24,000 bases of DNA from an uncultured Actinomycetota bacterium (GCA_963742855.1 CAVUNP010000007.1:324448-348447); one strand, 5' to 3'; shown: positions 9,901 to 15,559, numbered from the stretch's first letter. The notes: generated by a model from the sequence alone, not told the origin. Numbers and translations are program-made.

Positions 9901-10898
9901 TCTCCGCATACAAGATGTGGAAGAAGGCAGTCAACGTCGCCGAATCAGTCATCCGACGAGCCGACGACGCCATGGCCTTCGCCGAAAACAAGTTCGACAA
10001 CGCACTCAAACTCTTCAACGACAGCAAGTCAGCCAAAGCCCCGAAGCGCAACCTGGACGCCCCCGACCGCCCCAACGCCCGACAACCCGCCGGTCCAGGT
10101 AACAGCTGCCATAGCTTCGATCCCGCAACCAAGGTCCTCATGGCGGATGGCTCGACGAAGGCCATCCAGGACATCAAGGTCGGCGACGAGGTAACCGCCA
10201 CAGACCCGGAGACCGGCGAGACCACTGCCCGCAAGGTCACCGCACTGCACGTCAACGTGGACACCGAGCTAGCCGATATCACCATCGTCGCCGAAGACGG
10301 TGTCGAAGCGACGCTGAAGACGACGCAGAACCATCCCTTCTGGGAGGCGACGGACGGCACCTGGATGGATGCCGGCGATCTGCAGCCCGGCGACACCCTT
10401 CAGGGCGTCAGCGGCGCCAACGCGGCCGTGGCTGCGACCGTTAGCCGTACAGGCAACACGGTCATGCGGGACCTCACCGTCGCCGACATCCACACGTACT
10501 ATGTGATCGCCGGCAACACGCCAGTCCTCGTCCACAACTCTGGTGGTGAGCCTGGACCTGGGCAGATCTACCTATGGCGGGCAGTGCTTCAGCCGGAACT
10601 GGAAGCCATTCAGTCAGGACGAACGTTTGCGAATCCACCGGGAATCGAAACGAAGTACTTCTCATATTCCGAGCGAGGGGCGGCCGAGTTTGCCAAGCGG
10701 ATGTATGGGCAGTTTCCGAACGAAGGTCCATACTCGATTGTGCGCACCGCTATCAACGTTGCAGATATTCCCGATGGAAGCGTCCTGCCGCATGTATCGG
10801 ACGTTGTGGACGGTGGGGTTGCGCTCCCTTCGGACACGCTCGACAAGCTCGGCCGGCCACGGATTATGCCGGGCATGAGTACCGGCATTGGGTGCTGA
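3942..10898 (+). CDS. Rhs/YD-repeat polymorphic toxin: signal/anchor, SpvB-like region, RHS shell, pretoxin linker, PT-HINT, C-terminal toxin CT1
   Basis: 2,318-aa ORF with a GTG start. N-terminus has RRHRRRG, a hydrophobic stretch and AVA|FP. SpvB/TcdB-like segment (NWSYPMQTPPSLGGPSPALSLAYSS). Many YD repeats (YDGLGRLTQV, FDGVGRATA, YDLLGRPVSG, YNDYGDLVKV, YDALGRKQTL, YDNLRRLTEA, YDADGNRLL). RHS-associated core end: GAREYDPTIGRFISADP...YAYASNNPTSMSDATGL. Confidence 0.95.
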   Translation: MSESVVIQPPPARRHRRRGVIALAAVIPLVLVSTLLSPLPAVAFPPKPADPPSLNHDKRVEGGDVATRKPVAPDRAPQFVPRAPVWPEASSGEVATDARLGVRADGSDIAGGAANAGVPIPVRVANSPVWIDTTPKTLGAEVAAGRVPGKVRVQVFDHDTATRAGVDATLVRVSRSDGVAEAGPAVVSVDYSAFAGAYGGGWADRLRLVAMPACALTDPTEAECRVGAPVVAANNVGASTITAKVSLPVGSAGLLLALDAGSSGGSGSTAATSLQASAAWSAGANTGEFNWSYPMQTPPSLGGPSPALSLAYSSGSVDGRTPAQNAQPSWIGEGFEFGPGGFIERKFVPCAKDLSAGANNTAQVGDLCWQTRDGAVAENLTMSLGGRGGELIRDPSNPNRWYPRANDGSLVQRRTGGPYGDFWVVTTTDGTQYWFGGRSGSNGAFTVPVYGNHVGEPCRAATFATSGCDQIYRWNLDYVIDPHGNTMTYTYVTEANSYAAAANPNVLKSYVRGGYLASIGYGTRVGSAGPAPMQVTFEVADRCVTNCWSGSNPVTANWSDTPWDQRCVATPCDDFSPAFYTSKRLSKVTTWLQAGGAPQPTPVEEWTLHHGYPLPGDGTRPGLFLERISHVGKVGTTTSVPDVLFEAQAMPNRVLPNAGDGKPAMNWQRIKSIITEAGGKISVNYETPNCTSTSLPNMSALQDNNLRCFPVKWTNPDTGATTNEFFHKYVVSTVVNADPTGSGSPQVVTSYEYVGDPAWHYTDDDGLIQPDDKTWSVWRGYPTVRTIVGDPGDVHVVRTASESTFFQGMHGDKRPSGTLTKVMPAIDMNGDGDTVDVADVPATNDEDVFAGMVRRSVTLSGVGGVEVSSSASVPWQSAPIASRTINGVTVSSRHVATAASYGRTALDTDSGRRSAGWRTTSSTTTYDDFGMAVAAEDRGDDAVADDQTCRTIEFVRDASAITSADSSKWLMAFPKRVRDFAVSCATAAAGGLTEADIIADNVTLYDGQALGVPPTKGDVTQTRSLKTWNPATQTPTYQTTSSGTFDAYGRITQAFDIRGNSSTTAYTPSTGGPVTGVTMTNHLGWQSSTTFEPAWGAALITTDANARSVKRTYDGLGRLTQVWQPSRGMDQSANTIYTYNLRNDAPSSVTTQALLPNGGYRSTFQIFDALLRPRQTQADNAFEPGRIVSDTFYDSAGRPYLANSPYWAPDAAGTTLFEPSVADADDIPLQTKTLFDGVGRATAAITLSLGVEKWRTLTTYGGDRTDTRPPQGGTAYSTVTDASGKTTELRTYRGATPSGAYDTTTYTYNRKGQQTRVIDAQNKHWDTSYDLLGRPVSGVDPDKGTTTSEYNDYGDLVKVTDERGEVLVLTYDALGRKQTLRDDSTTGAKRSEWVYEGIPDSRGMLTKSIRWNGSEEFSTEVIDFNADYMPSRVAYNIPTSTAFPGLAGSYTYQFTYASNGAPKTMTMPDVDGSSGLPAEQLTTGYNDYGAATTLQTNYEMGTQLNTYVTGTVYTGYGEIDKITLKNGTSPQAYIQYGYEDDTRRLKQITTSRDVLPKVVSDIQYVYDDAGNTTKIKDAAAAPNDVQCFTYDNLRRLTEAWTPATDNCQAAPSAATLGGPSKYWTAWDIDITGNRTKQIDHATPLGDRTTDYIYAGANSHQLMQTTTVDSSGTKTANYGYDVTGNTVSRPGASPATNQILNWNAEGQLSSVTEGAATTSFLYDADGNRLLRKDATGTTLYLPGQEVRLTGTGSKLNTRYYTHAGVTVATRAAGTLNWLSSDQHGTTNVTINKSGTQTTSVRRETPYGLARDTVGTWPANMDKGFVGGTKDSTGLTHLGAREYDPTIGRFISADPLVDFSNPQQMQGYAYASNNPTSMSDATGLMVYDEDRAFRGCDSACVDLNIAYAQREQAQKEKTEAQQVKTKSIKDIIIEAGVSFLLDMFGITDIWNCISKGDIGACVNALIGALPWGKVLGAAKAIWKGIDRALSAYKMWKKAVNVAESVIRRADDAMAFAENKFDNALKLFNDSKSAKAPKRNLDAPDRPNARQPAGPGNSCHSFDPATKVLMADGSTKAIQDIKVGDEVTATDPETGETTARKVTALHVNVDTELADITIVAEDGVEATLKTTQNHPFWEATDGTWMDAGDLQPGDTLQGVSGANAAVAATVSRTGNTVMRDLTVADIHTYYVIAGNTPVLVHNSGGEPGPGQIYLWRAVLQPELEAIQSGRTFANPPGIETKYFSYSERGAAEFAKRMYGQFPNEGPYSIVRTAINVADIPDGSVLPHVSDVVDGGVALPSDTLDKLGRPRIMPGMSTGIGC
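9573..9587 (+). other. end of the RHS-associated core: DATGL variant of the DPxGL autoproteolysis-type motif
   Basis: NNPTSMS-DATGL lies directly after the YD-repeat shell, at the position where Rhs/TcC proteins carry PxxxxDPxGL. A function in cleavage is inferred from the family. Confidence 0.6.
10107..10538 (+). other. pretoxin HINT (PT-HINT, intein-like) domain of the Rhs protein
   Basis: Starts at Cys in NS-CHSFDPATKVLMADGSTKAIQDIKVGDEV and ends at DIHTYYVIAGNTPVLVHN, followed by Ser. This is the Hint-fold block A and block G pattern. No extein resumes after it, so it is a pretoxin domain, not a splicing intein. Confidence 0.85.
10491..10538. repeat. conserved 45-48 nt HINT-end handle (HTYYV.AG.TPVLVHN); copies at 10491, 14459, 16196 and 23949
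   Basis: cacacgtactatgtgatcgccggcaacacgccagtcctcgtccacaac recurs with few substitutions at the 5' edge of each orphan cassette (14459-14506, 16196-16240, 23949-23993). Sequence downstream of each copy is unrelated. Confidence 0.9.
10539..10895 (+). other. C-terminal toxin domain CT1 (~119 aa, family unassigned)
   Basis: Variable region after the VLVHN boundary: SGGEPGPGQIYLWRAVLQPELEAIQSGRTFANPPGIETKYFSYSERGAAEFAKR... It is visibly more AT-rich than the rhs core. I recognise no catalytic motif. Confidence 0.6.
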
Positions 10899-10915
10899 AC
10901 GTGGGAGACTTGCGA

Positions 10916-11398
10916 ATGGAATTCGTTATCGCATCCTCGGTGGAGCACAAGACTCGGCAACTAGCTGACCTGCTAGGACGGCTCCCAGGCGTTCGCTACC
11001 TGCGAGGGTCGGTGCCCGAAGTAGGCGAGGGCTGCGACGCTCAGATCATGCACTTCACCTTGGCTCACGACCGTTATGGCGGTAGACCGATAGTCGGTCA
11101 TTCCCAAGTCCTTCATAACGCACGTGGTGATGGCGCCCCGCTGATAATCGTGTCAACGCCGCCGCTTGAGTCCGGTGCCGGCAGGGGGTCGGACAGGGAT
11201 GCGGAAACCTCTACACATGTCGAGCGAATGATCGGCACGGCACTCAGTACCTGGGTTGCTTCCCTCGATTCGGCGCAGCAGGCTCGCACACTCTGTTGCT
11301 TGATCCATATTGAGGGGGCTGGACTCGATTTTGGGCCACCGACCGCTATGTTTCATGGGCTCGGAGATGCGATTCGACCCTATTTGGGTGCAGCATGA
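10916..11398 (+). CDS. putative immunity protein for CT1
   Basis: ATG at 10916 sits 9 nt after GGGAG and 18 nt after the rhs stop. 160 aa (MEFVIASSVEHKTRQLADLL...). Position directly after the toxin tip and AT-richer composition support the call. The track ORF 10574..11398 is the same frame extended back into the toxin. In-frame GTGs at 10892 and 10901 are alternative starts. Confidence 0.6.
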   Translation: MEFVIASSVEHKTRQLADLLGRLPGVRYLRGSVPEVGEGCDAQIMHFTLAHDRYGGRPIVGHSQVLHNARGDGAPLIIVSTPPLESGAGRGSDRDAETSTHVERMIGTALSTWVASLDSAQQARTLCCLIHIEGAGLDFGPPTAMFHGLGDAIRPYLGAA

Positions 11399-11473
11399 AT
11401 GGCGTGATGTTAAGGTAACTTTCTGTGATCATAGGACTCCGTTGTGCGCCGATGTGCGCGAGCGTTCGTGGCG

Positions 11474-11495
11474 GTTGCGGTCACGGTTGCTGTCA
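11474..11495. repeat. att-like tandem decamer S1 (GTTGCGGTCA cg GTTGCTGTCA); candidate attL of element 1
   Basis: Direct tandem decamers, preceded at 11443 by TGTGCGCC. Homologous to S4 across tgtgcgcc...tggcGGTTG..GTCAcgGTTG.TGTCA. Confidence 0.55.
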
Positions 11496-11833
11496 CATGA
11501 ATGAGATCTGCATCGATACGTGAATGCGCTCGCTCGGGGTCGTGATAGGTGTCGACCTATGCGGTCGTGGTGCACGTCGATGGCCCTGGCCGGTGGTTCG
11601 GTGGCGGGCCGCGTAGCGGTGCGGCGTCGATCCCCGGATGCACCCGCTCGCGTCGACCGGTGAGGGGATCGTCGCGACCCTTGTGGCGAGATCTTCGGTT
11701 CAACTGACTGGATGTCGTTGTGTCGCCGGCTTCTTGGCGTGCGCGCGTGGCCGTAGGCCTGAACGCGTGCGCGCCCGGCTTGCCGGGCGCTCTTGATAAG
11801 TCCTTTGTATAGCAAGTTTGAGCCAGCTTGCGA

Positions 11834-12364
11834 TCATGGTGGGGTCTGTCGGGGGGTTCGGGTGGTCTTGCGTCGGCCGGTCGGTGTCCGTGTGGTCTGT
11901 CGGTAGGCGGCGAGTTCGGCGAGTTGGTCGAGGTGGTCGGCGAGGGCGTCGGCGTAGTCCTGGCGGGCGCGTTTGAGGGCGTGCACGTCGCCGCTGGCGC
12001 GTGCTTGGGTCAGAGCCTGGGTTCGGGTGGCCAGTGTGGTGTCGAGGCGGGCTTGTTCGCGGTCGTGGGTGGCTTGGTCGGTGATCGGTACGACGGCGGG
12101 TTGCTGCTCGGCGTTGCGTAGCCGGGCGACGGCGGTGGGGTGTACGTAGGTGCCACGTCCTTGGATGGCGTAGATGAGGCCCTGGTTCTGTAGCTCGCGC
12201 AGGGCGCGTTGGGCGGTCATCTGGGCGATGCCGTAGGTCTCGGCGATCTGGTTGGCCGAGGGCACCTGTGCCTCCGCTTGGAGTCGGCCGCTGCGGATCT
12301 GGTCGCGGATGTCATCGACCACGCGCTGGAACAGTGCGCGTCGGTCGTCCGGACTGTGGGCCAC
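11834..12364 (-). CDS. GntR-family winged-helix transcriptional regulator (Kor-like)
   Basis: The N-terminus LFQRVVDDIRDQIRSGRLQAEAQVPSANQIAETYGIAQMTAQRALRELQNQGLIYAIQGRGTYV is the GntR HTH signature. The gene is divergent from xis-int and paralogous to 17414..17899. Confidence 0.85.
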   Translation of the reverse strand: MAHSPDDRRALFQRVVDDIRDQIRSGRLQAEAQVPSANQIAETYGIAQMTAQRALRELQNQGLIYAIQGRGTYVHPTAVARLRNAEQQPAVVPITDQATHDREQARLDTTLATRTQALTQARASGDVHALKRARQDYADALADHLDQLAELAAYRQTTRTPTGRRKTTRTPRQTPP

Positions 12365-12427
12365 ACCCCGGAGCCTACGCGGTGGCTCGCCGGGACAGGT
12401 AGCGCGACATGGCTTGACATCCTAACC

Positions 12428-12462
12428 ATGCTAGGTAAGCTCGCAGCACGGTTACCTAGCAT
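12428..12462. promoter_or_regulatory. perfect 11-bp inverted repeat (ATGCTAGGTAA n13 TTACCTAGCAT) in the GntR/xis divergent region; candidate operator
   Basis: Seen directly in the sequence. TTGACA lies at 12414-12419 just upstream, and a third partial copy (ACCTAG) at 12463-12468. A regulatory role is inferred. Confidence 0.45.
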
Positions 12463-12486
12463 ACCTAGTAAAGGAAGGATCTGGGG

Positions 12487-12687
12487 ATGAACGATCACGA
12501 CCAACCGGCCGGTGCGTTGTTGACAGTGCCGGAGGTGATGGCCCGGTTGCGGGTCGGCAGGCATGCCGTGTACGCGCTGATCCGTGCTCGGCGGCTGGCG
12601 TCGCTGCGTATCGGGCGGGCCCGGCGGGTGCCGGTGGCTTCGGTGGAGACGTTCCTGGCGGAGCAGTTGGAGGAGGGGAGCTTGTGA
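12487..12687 (+). CDS. xis: excisionase-family HTH DNA-binding protein (Xis)
   Basis: 66 aa. LLTVPEVMARLRVGRHAVYALIRARRLASLRIGRARRVPVASVETFL matches the MerR-like excisionase fold signature. RBS GGAAGGA upstream. The stop overlaps the int start (GTGATG). Confidence 0.85.
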   Translation: MNDHDQPAGALLTVPEVMARLRVGRHAVYALIRARRLASLRIGRARRVPVASVETFLAEQLEEGSL

Positions 12688-13955
12688 TGGCCCGACGCAG
12701 AGGTAACGGTGAGGGCACAGTGTTCCAACGCGGCGACGGTAGGTGGGAAGCGGCCGCCTACGTCCGACAGCCCGACGGCACCCGCCGGCGGGTCTACCGG
12801 TACAGCGCCACCCGGCAGGCGGGTATGGACCAACTCGCCGCGCTGCGCGACCGTGACGCGCGGATGGCGCCGCTGACGGTCACCTCGTCGACGACGGTGG
12901 GCGAGTACCTGACCGTGTGGCTGGAGCAGGTCGCGGTGCACGCGGTGCGGCCGACGACCTGGATCTCCTATCGGCACGCCGTGCAGCGGTATCTGATCCC
13001 CGGCCTGGGTCGGCGGCGGCTGGCGTGGCTGACCACCAAGGAGGTCCGGGTGTGGCTGGCCGAGGTCGCCACCACCTGCCAGTGCTGCCGCCAGCACATC
13101 GACGCCCGACGAGCGATCGGGAAGCGGCGCTGCTGCGATGTCGGCGCCTGCTGCGGTCGGCGGGTCGCCCCGACCACGCTGCGCTACCTGCGGGCACTGC
13201 TGTCCTCGGCGCTGGCCCACGCGGTGCGCGAGGACGACCTACCTCGCAACGTCGTCTCCGCCGTCCGGCTACCCGTGCCGAGCCGATCGGCCTTCACCCC
13301 GCTCACCGCCGACGAGGCCCGCCGCGTCCTGGCCGCGGTTTCGGATCATCCGCTGCACGCGCTGTTCGAACTCGCCGTCCGGATCGGGCTGCGCCGGGGC
13401 GAGCTGCTCGGTCTGCGGTGGGTCGACCTTGACGAGCATGCGGGGCTGCTCACCGTGCGGCAGAGCGTGCAACGCCGCCGCGACACCGGCGCCATCATCG
13501 TCCTGCCCACCAAGACGACCGCCTCGCACCGGCGCATCCCCGTCCCCGCCGAGGCCATCCAGGCGATGCAAGAACAACGAGAGCGGCAACGCCAGCAACG
13601 CGCCGAGGCTGGACAGCGATGGCAGGACAGTGGACTGATCTTCACCCACAGCCTCGGCGGGCCGCTCGACCCCGGCGCGGTCAACCGGGCCTTCGCCACC
13701 ATCTGCGACCAGGCCGGAGTCCGCCGAGCCAGGTTCCACCTGCTCAGACACACCTGCGCCAGTCTCCTGCTGGAACAGGGCGTCGAGCTGGTCACCATCT
13801 CCCACCTGCTAGGCCACTCACGCCTCGGCGTCACCGCCGACGTGTACGCCCACGTCCGAGTCCGCCTGCAACGCGGCGCCGTCGACGCCATCGGCCACGC
13901 CCTCAACCGATCCGACGACGCGGAAGACGACCCACCCCTGCCCGTCGCAGCCTGA
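12687..13955 (+). CDS. int: tyrosine site-specific integrase
   Basis: 422 aa. GEGTVFQRGDGRWEAAAYV N-terminus. Catalytic region ...RFHLLRHTCASLLLEQGVELVTISHLLGHSRLGVTADVYAHV (the R...HxxR...Y pattern). Cys-rich insert at 13077-13154. Confidence 0.92.
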   Translation: MARRRGNGEGTVFQRGDGRWEAAAYVRQPDGTRRRVYRYSATRQAGMDQLAALRDRDARMAPLTVTSSTTVGEYLTVWLEQVAVHAVRPTTWISYRHAVQRYLIPGLGRRRLAWLTTKEVRVWLAEVATTCQCCRQHIDARRAIGKRRCCDVGACCGRRVAPTTLRYLRALLSSALAHAVREDDLPRNVVSAVRLPVPSRSAFTPLTADEARRVLAAVSDHPLHALFELAVRIGLRRGELLGLRWVDLDEHAGLLTVRQSVQRRRDTGAIIVLPTKTTASHRRIPVPAEAIQAMQEQRERQRQQRAEAGQRWQDSGLIFTHSLGGPLDPGAVNRAFATICDQAGVRRARFHLLRHTCASLLLEQGVELVTISHLLGHSRLGVTADVYAHVRVRLQRGAVDAIGHALNRSDDAEDDPPLPVAA

Positions 13956-13971
13956 ACCCATCCGGTGAAAC

Positions 13972-14003
13972 GCGCCCCTCGGACCATCCCGGCCGAGGGG
14001 CGC
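13972..14003 (+). terminator. hairpin downstream of int (11-bp perfect stem GCGCCCCTCGG / CCGAGGGGCGC, 10-nt loop)
   Basis: Located 17 nt after the int stop. No U-tract, which is common in high-GC actinomycetes. An analogous hairpin lies downstream of int2 at 22630-22669. Confidence 0.5.
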
Positions 14004-14107
14004 CGCCGTGCCCGGACCAGTCGCCCGACCGTTGAACTCGTCGAAGGCCGCCCTTACCATCCGCAGCACACCGCAGCCGACATCCACACCGTCATCACCG
14101 GAGCACC

Positions 14108-14893
14108 ATGACCTCCCAGCACCCGCCGGAGCGACCCAGCACGCGCCGCTCGGCGCCGGTCGAACCGGCCCGGAAGCCGGTCCCCGTCGGCCATCGACGT
14201 CCCGCGATCGCTAGACGGTCAGCCCGCCTGCGACCAGGGGTGTTTGGCCTGGTCGTCGCCCTGTCCACTGTGGCCGGCTGGCTATTTTCATCAACGTCGA
14301 TGGTATGGCTTGGGTCACAGCTGCTGTTCCCTGACGTTGCGGTCACCGCTGATGTCAGCCTCGGCAATACGGACACGGTCGATCTACTCGAATATCGCGT
14401 TTCCGCGGGTCACAGCCGCGGCCCACCAGCGAACGTCGATGAACCAAGGTCAACGCAGCACACGTACTATGTGATAGCCGGCACCACACCGGTCCTCGTA
14501 CACAACTGCGGAAACGAGATCGGAAAACAGGTCGATCCGTTCGACGGGGGCGATCTCAACAACGCGGTGCACAATCAAAGACTCGCGGATGGCGCCCGTG
14601 GGCGAGGCGGAAACTATGGAGCGGCGCGTCTGGACGATGGCTCAATCATCACTGGAAGATCCGGTGCGAATTGGCATGCGGAGGATGATCTCATAAACCA
14701 GGCCGGCGACCGAGGGATTGTCGACCTCTACACAGAACGCGCTCCTTGCGCAGCGAGTTGTCAAGGAAAGCTGGGCGGAGTGAATGTGACGTGGGCGTTC
14801 CCGTGGAATGGGTCGAACGCCGCAGAAACAGCCGCGATTAGAGCGGCCTCCAGCGGCGGTATTAAGAGCTACATTAGAGCTCTTTTTGGGTAG
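14108..14893 (+). CDS. orphan Rhs toxin cassette CT2: HINT-end handle fused to a nucleic-acid deaminase-like toxin domain; the upstream part of the ORF is probably fortuitous
   Basis: HTYYVIAGTTPVLVHN|C at 14459-14509. The toxin domain (14507-14890) carries WHAEDDL (14672-14692) and ERAPCAASC (14735-14761), the HxE...PCxxC zinc-deaminase signature. Residues 1-117 derive from the high-GC right arm of element 1. Confidence 0.8.
   Translation: MTSQHPPERPSTRRSAPVEPARKPVPVGHRRPAIARRSARLRPGVFGLVVALSTVAGWLFSSTSMVWLGSQLLFPDVAVTADVSLGNTDTVDLLEYRVSAGHSRGPPANVDEPRSTQHTYYVIAGTTPVLVHNCGNEIGKQVDPFDGGDLNNAVHNQRLADGARGRGGNYGAARLDDGSIITGRSGANWHAEDDLINQAGDRGIVDLYTERAPCAASCQGKLGGVNVTWAFPWNGSNAAETAAIRAASSGGIKSYIRALFG
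14336..14357. repeat. att-like tandem decamer S2 (GTTGCGGTCA cc GCTGATGTCA); candidate attR of element 1
   Basis: The first decamer is identical to that of S1. It lies 101 nt upstream of the HINT-end handle of the deaminase cassette. Confidence 0.55.
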
Positions 14894-14915
14894 GCTGACG
14901 GAACAGGAGATGGCC

Positions 14916-15452
14916 ATGCTCGCGACGAACCCATTGCCCTGGCCCCGTTTTGTTTTGAGGCGAATAGAATGCCCGGCTAACACGCCAGATGCGGCTCGGC
15001 GCGCGCTGGACATGCATCGGGTACCTGAGCGAGGCGTTGGAGGCGAGTTCGTCGCGTTCGAGGCGGCAGCATTTCTCGATGGTCACGCGAACCTACTCGC
15101 CTTGGGGCGAAGCGGACTCAGTGGCCGTGTCTGCCTGGATGTTGCGGCGCTCGAGGTCGTACACGTTCCATCGCCTAACGTTCCGAGGATCAATCCGGTA
15201 AACTCGGGCCTGGCGGCGTTCGCCGCTTGCGTAGGGATTGCGATTTCTCGTTTCCCCTATTACTCCTACGAATCAGCCGACGAACTTTCCGAGGGAGTCG
15301 CTAGCTATCTTCGGGGCCAACTCCTGGCAGCCGACCCCGTAGTTGGAGCGCACAACGGTTTATGGGAAACGTTTCTTGATGATGTGACCATGGGAAACTA
15401 CGCGGAAGAAGAATTCGAGCAGATATCGGCCCGTGGCGGCGAGATAACGTAG
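14916..15452 (+). CDS. putative immunity protein for the deaminase toxin CT2
   Basis: ATG at 14916 is 6 nt after GGAG (alternative ATG at 14910), 23 nt after the toxin stop. ~178 aa, AT-richer. The track ORF 14808..15452 is the same frame extended into the toxin gene. Confidence 0.65.
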   Translation: MLATNPLPWPRFVLRRIECPANTPDAARRALDMHRVPERGVGGEFVAFEAAAFLDGHANLLALGRSGLSGRVCLDVAALEVVHVPSPNVPRINPVNSGLAAFAACVGIAISRFPYYSYESADELSEGVASYLRGQLLAADPVVGAHNGLWETFLDDVTMGNYAEEEFEQISARGGEIT

Positions 15453-15559
15453 CGCCAAAAGATGCCATCTGGCGCGATGAGTTCTGGTTCTGCCCGCAAC
15501 GGCCGCGCTACTCTCCGTGCCCGCAGTGTGGCCGTGTGCGCCGGGTTGCGTGGCTACTT

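Larger units (their letters stand above)
11474..14357 (+). mobile_element. reduced integrative module (element 1): GntR regulator, Xis, tyrosine integrase; no rep or tra genes
   Basis: Bounded by S1 and S2, which share the GTTGCGGTCA variant. The left arm shares sequence blocks with element 2 (11601-11632 with 17162-17196; 11736-11830 with 17297-17395). Confidence 0.6.

Noticed and set aside
10107-10538. The Hint domain as a true (splicing) intein
   Set aside because: No homing endonuclease is present, and the downstream sequence is a variable toxin rather than a resumed host protein. The position after the RHS core matches pretoxin HINT domains.
10574-10915. Upstream extension of the immunity-1 ORF (track start 10574), plus the analogous extensions 14808..14915 and 21233..21307
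   Set aside because: Each overlaps the preceding, well-supported gene out of frame. Better starts with RBS-like purine runs exist at 10916, 14910/14916 and 21308.
11600-11640. Possible tRNA 3' fragment (ggcgtcgatcc resembles a T-loop) at the element arms, as expected for AICE att sites
   Set aside because: No complementary T-stem, acceptor stem or anticodon arm can be drawn, and the T-loop consensus GTTCGAATC is not met. No tRNA gene was found anywhere in the window.
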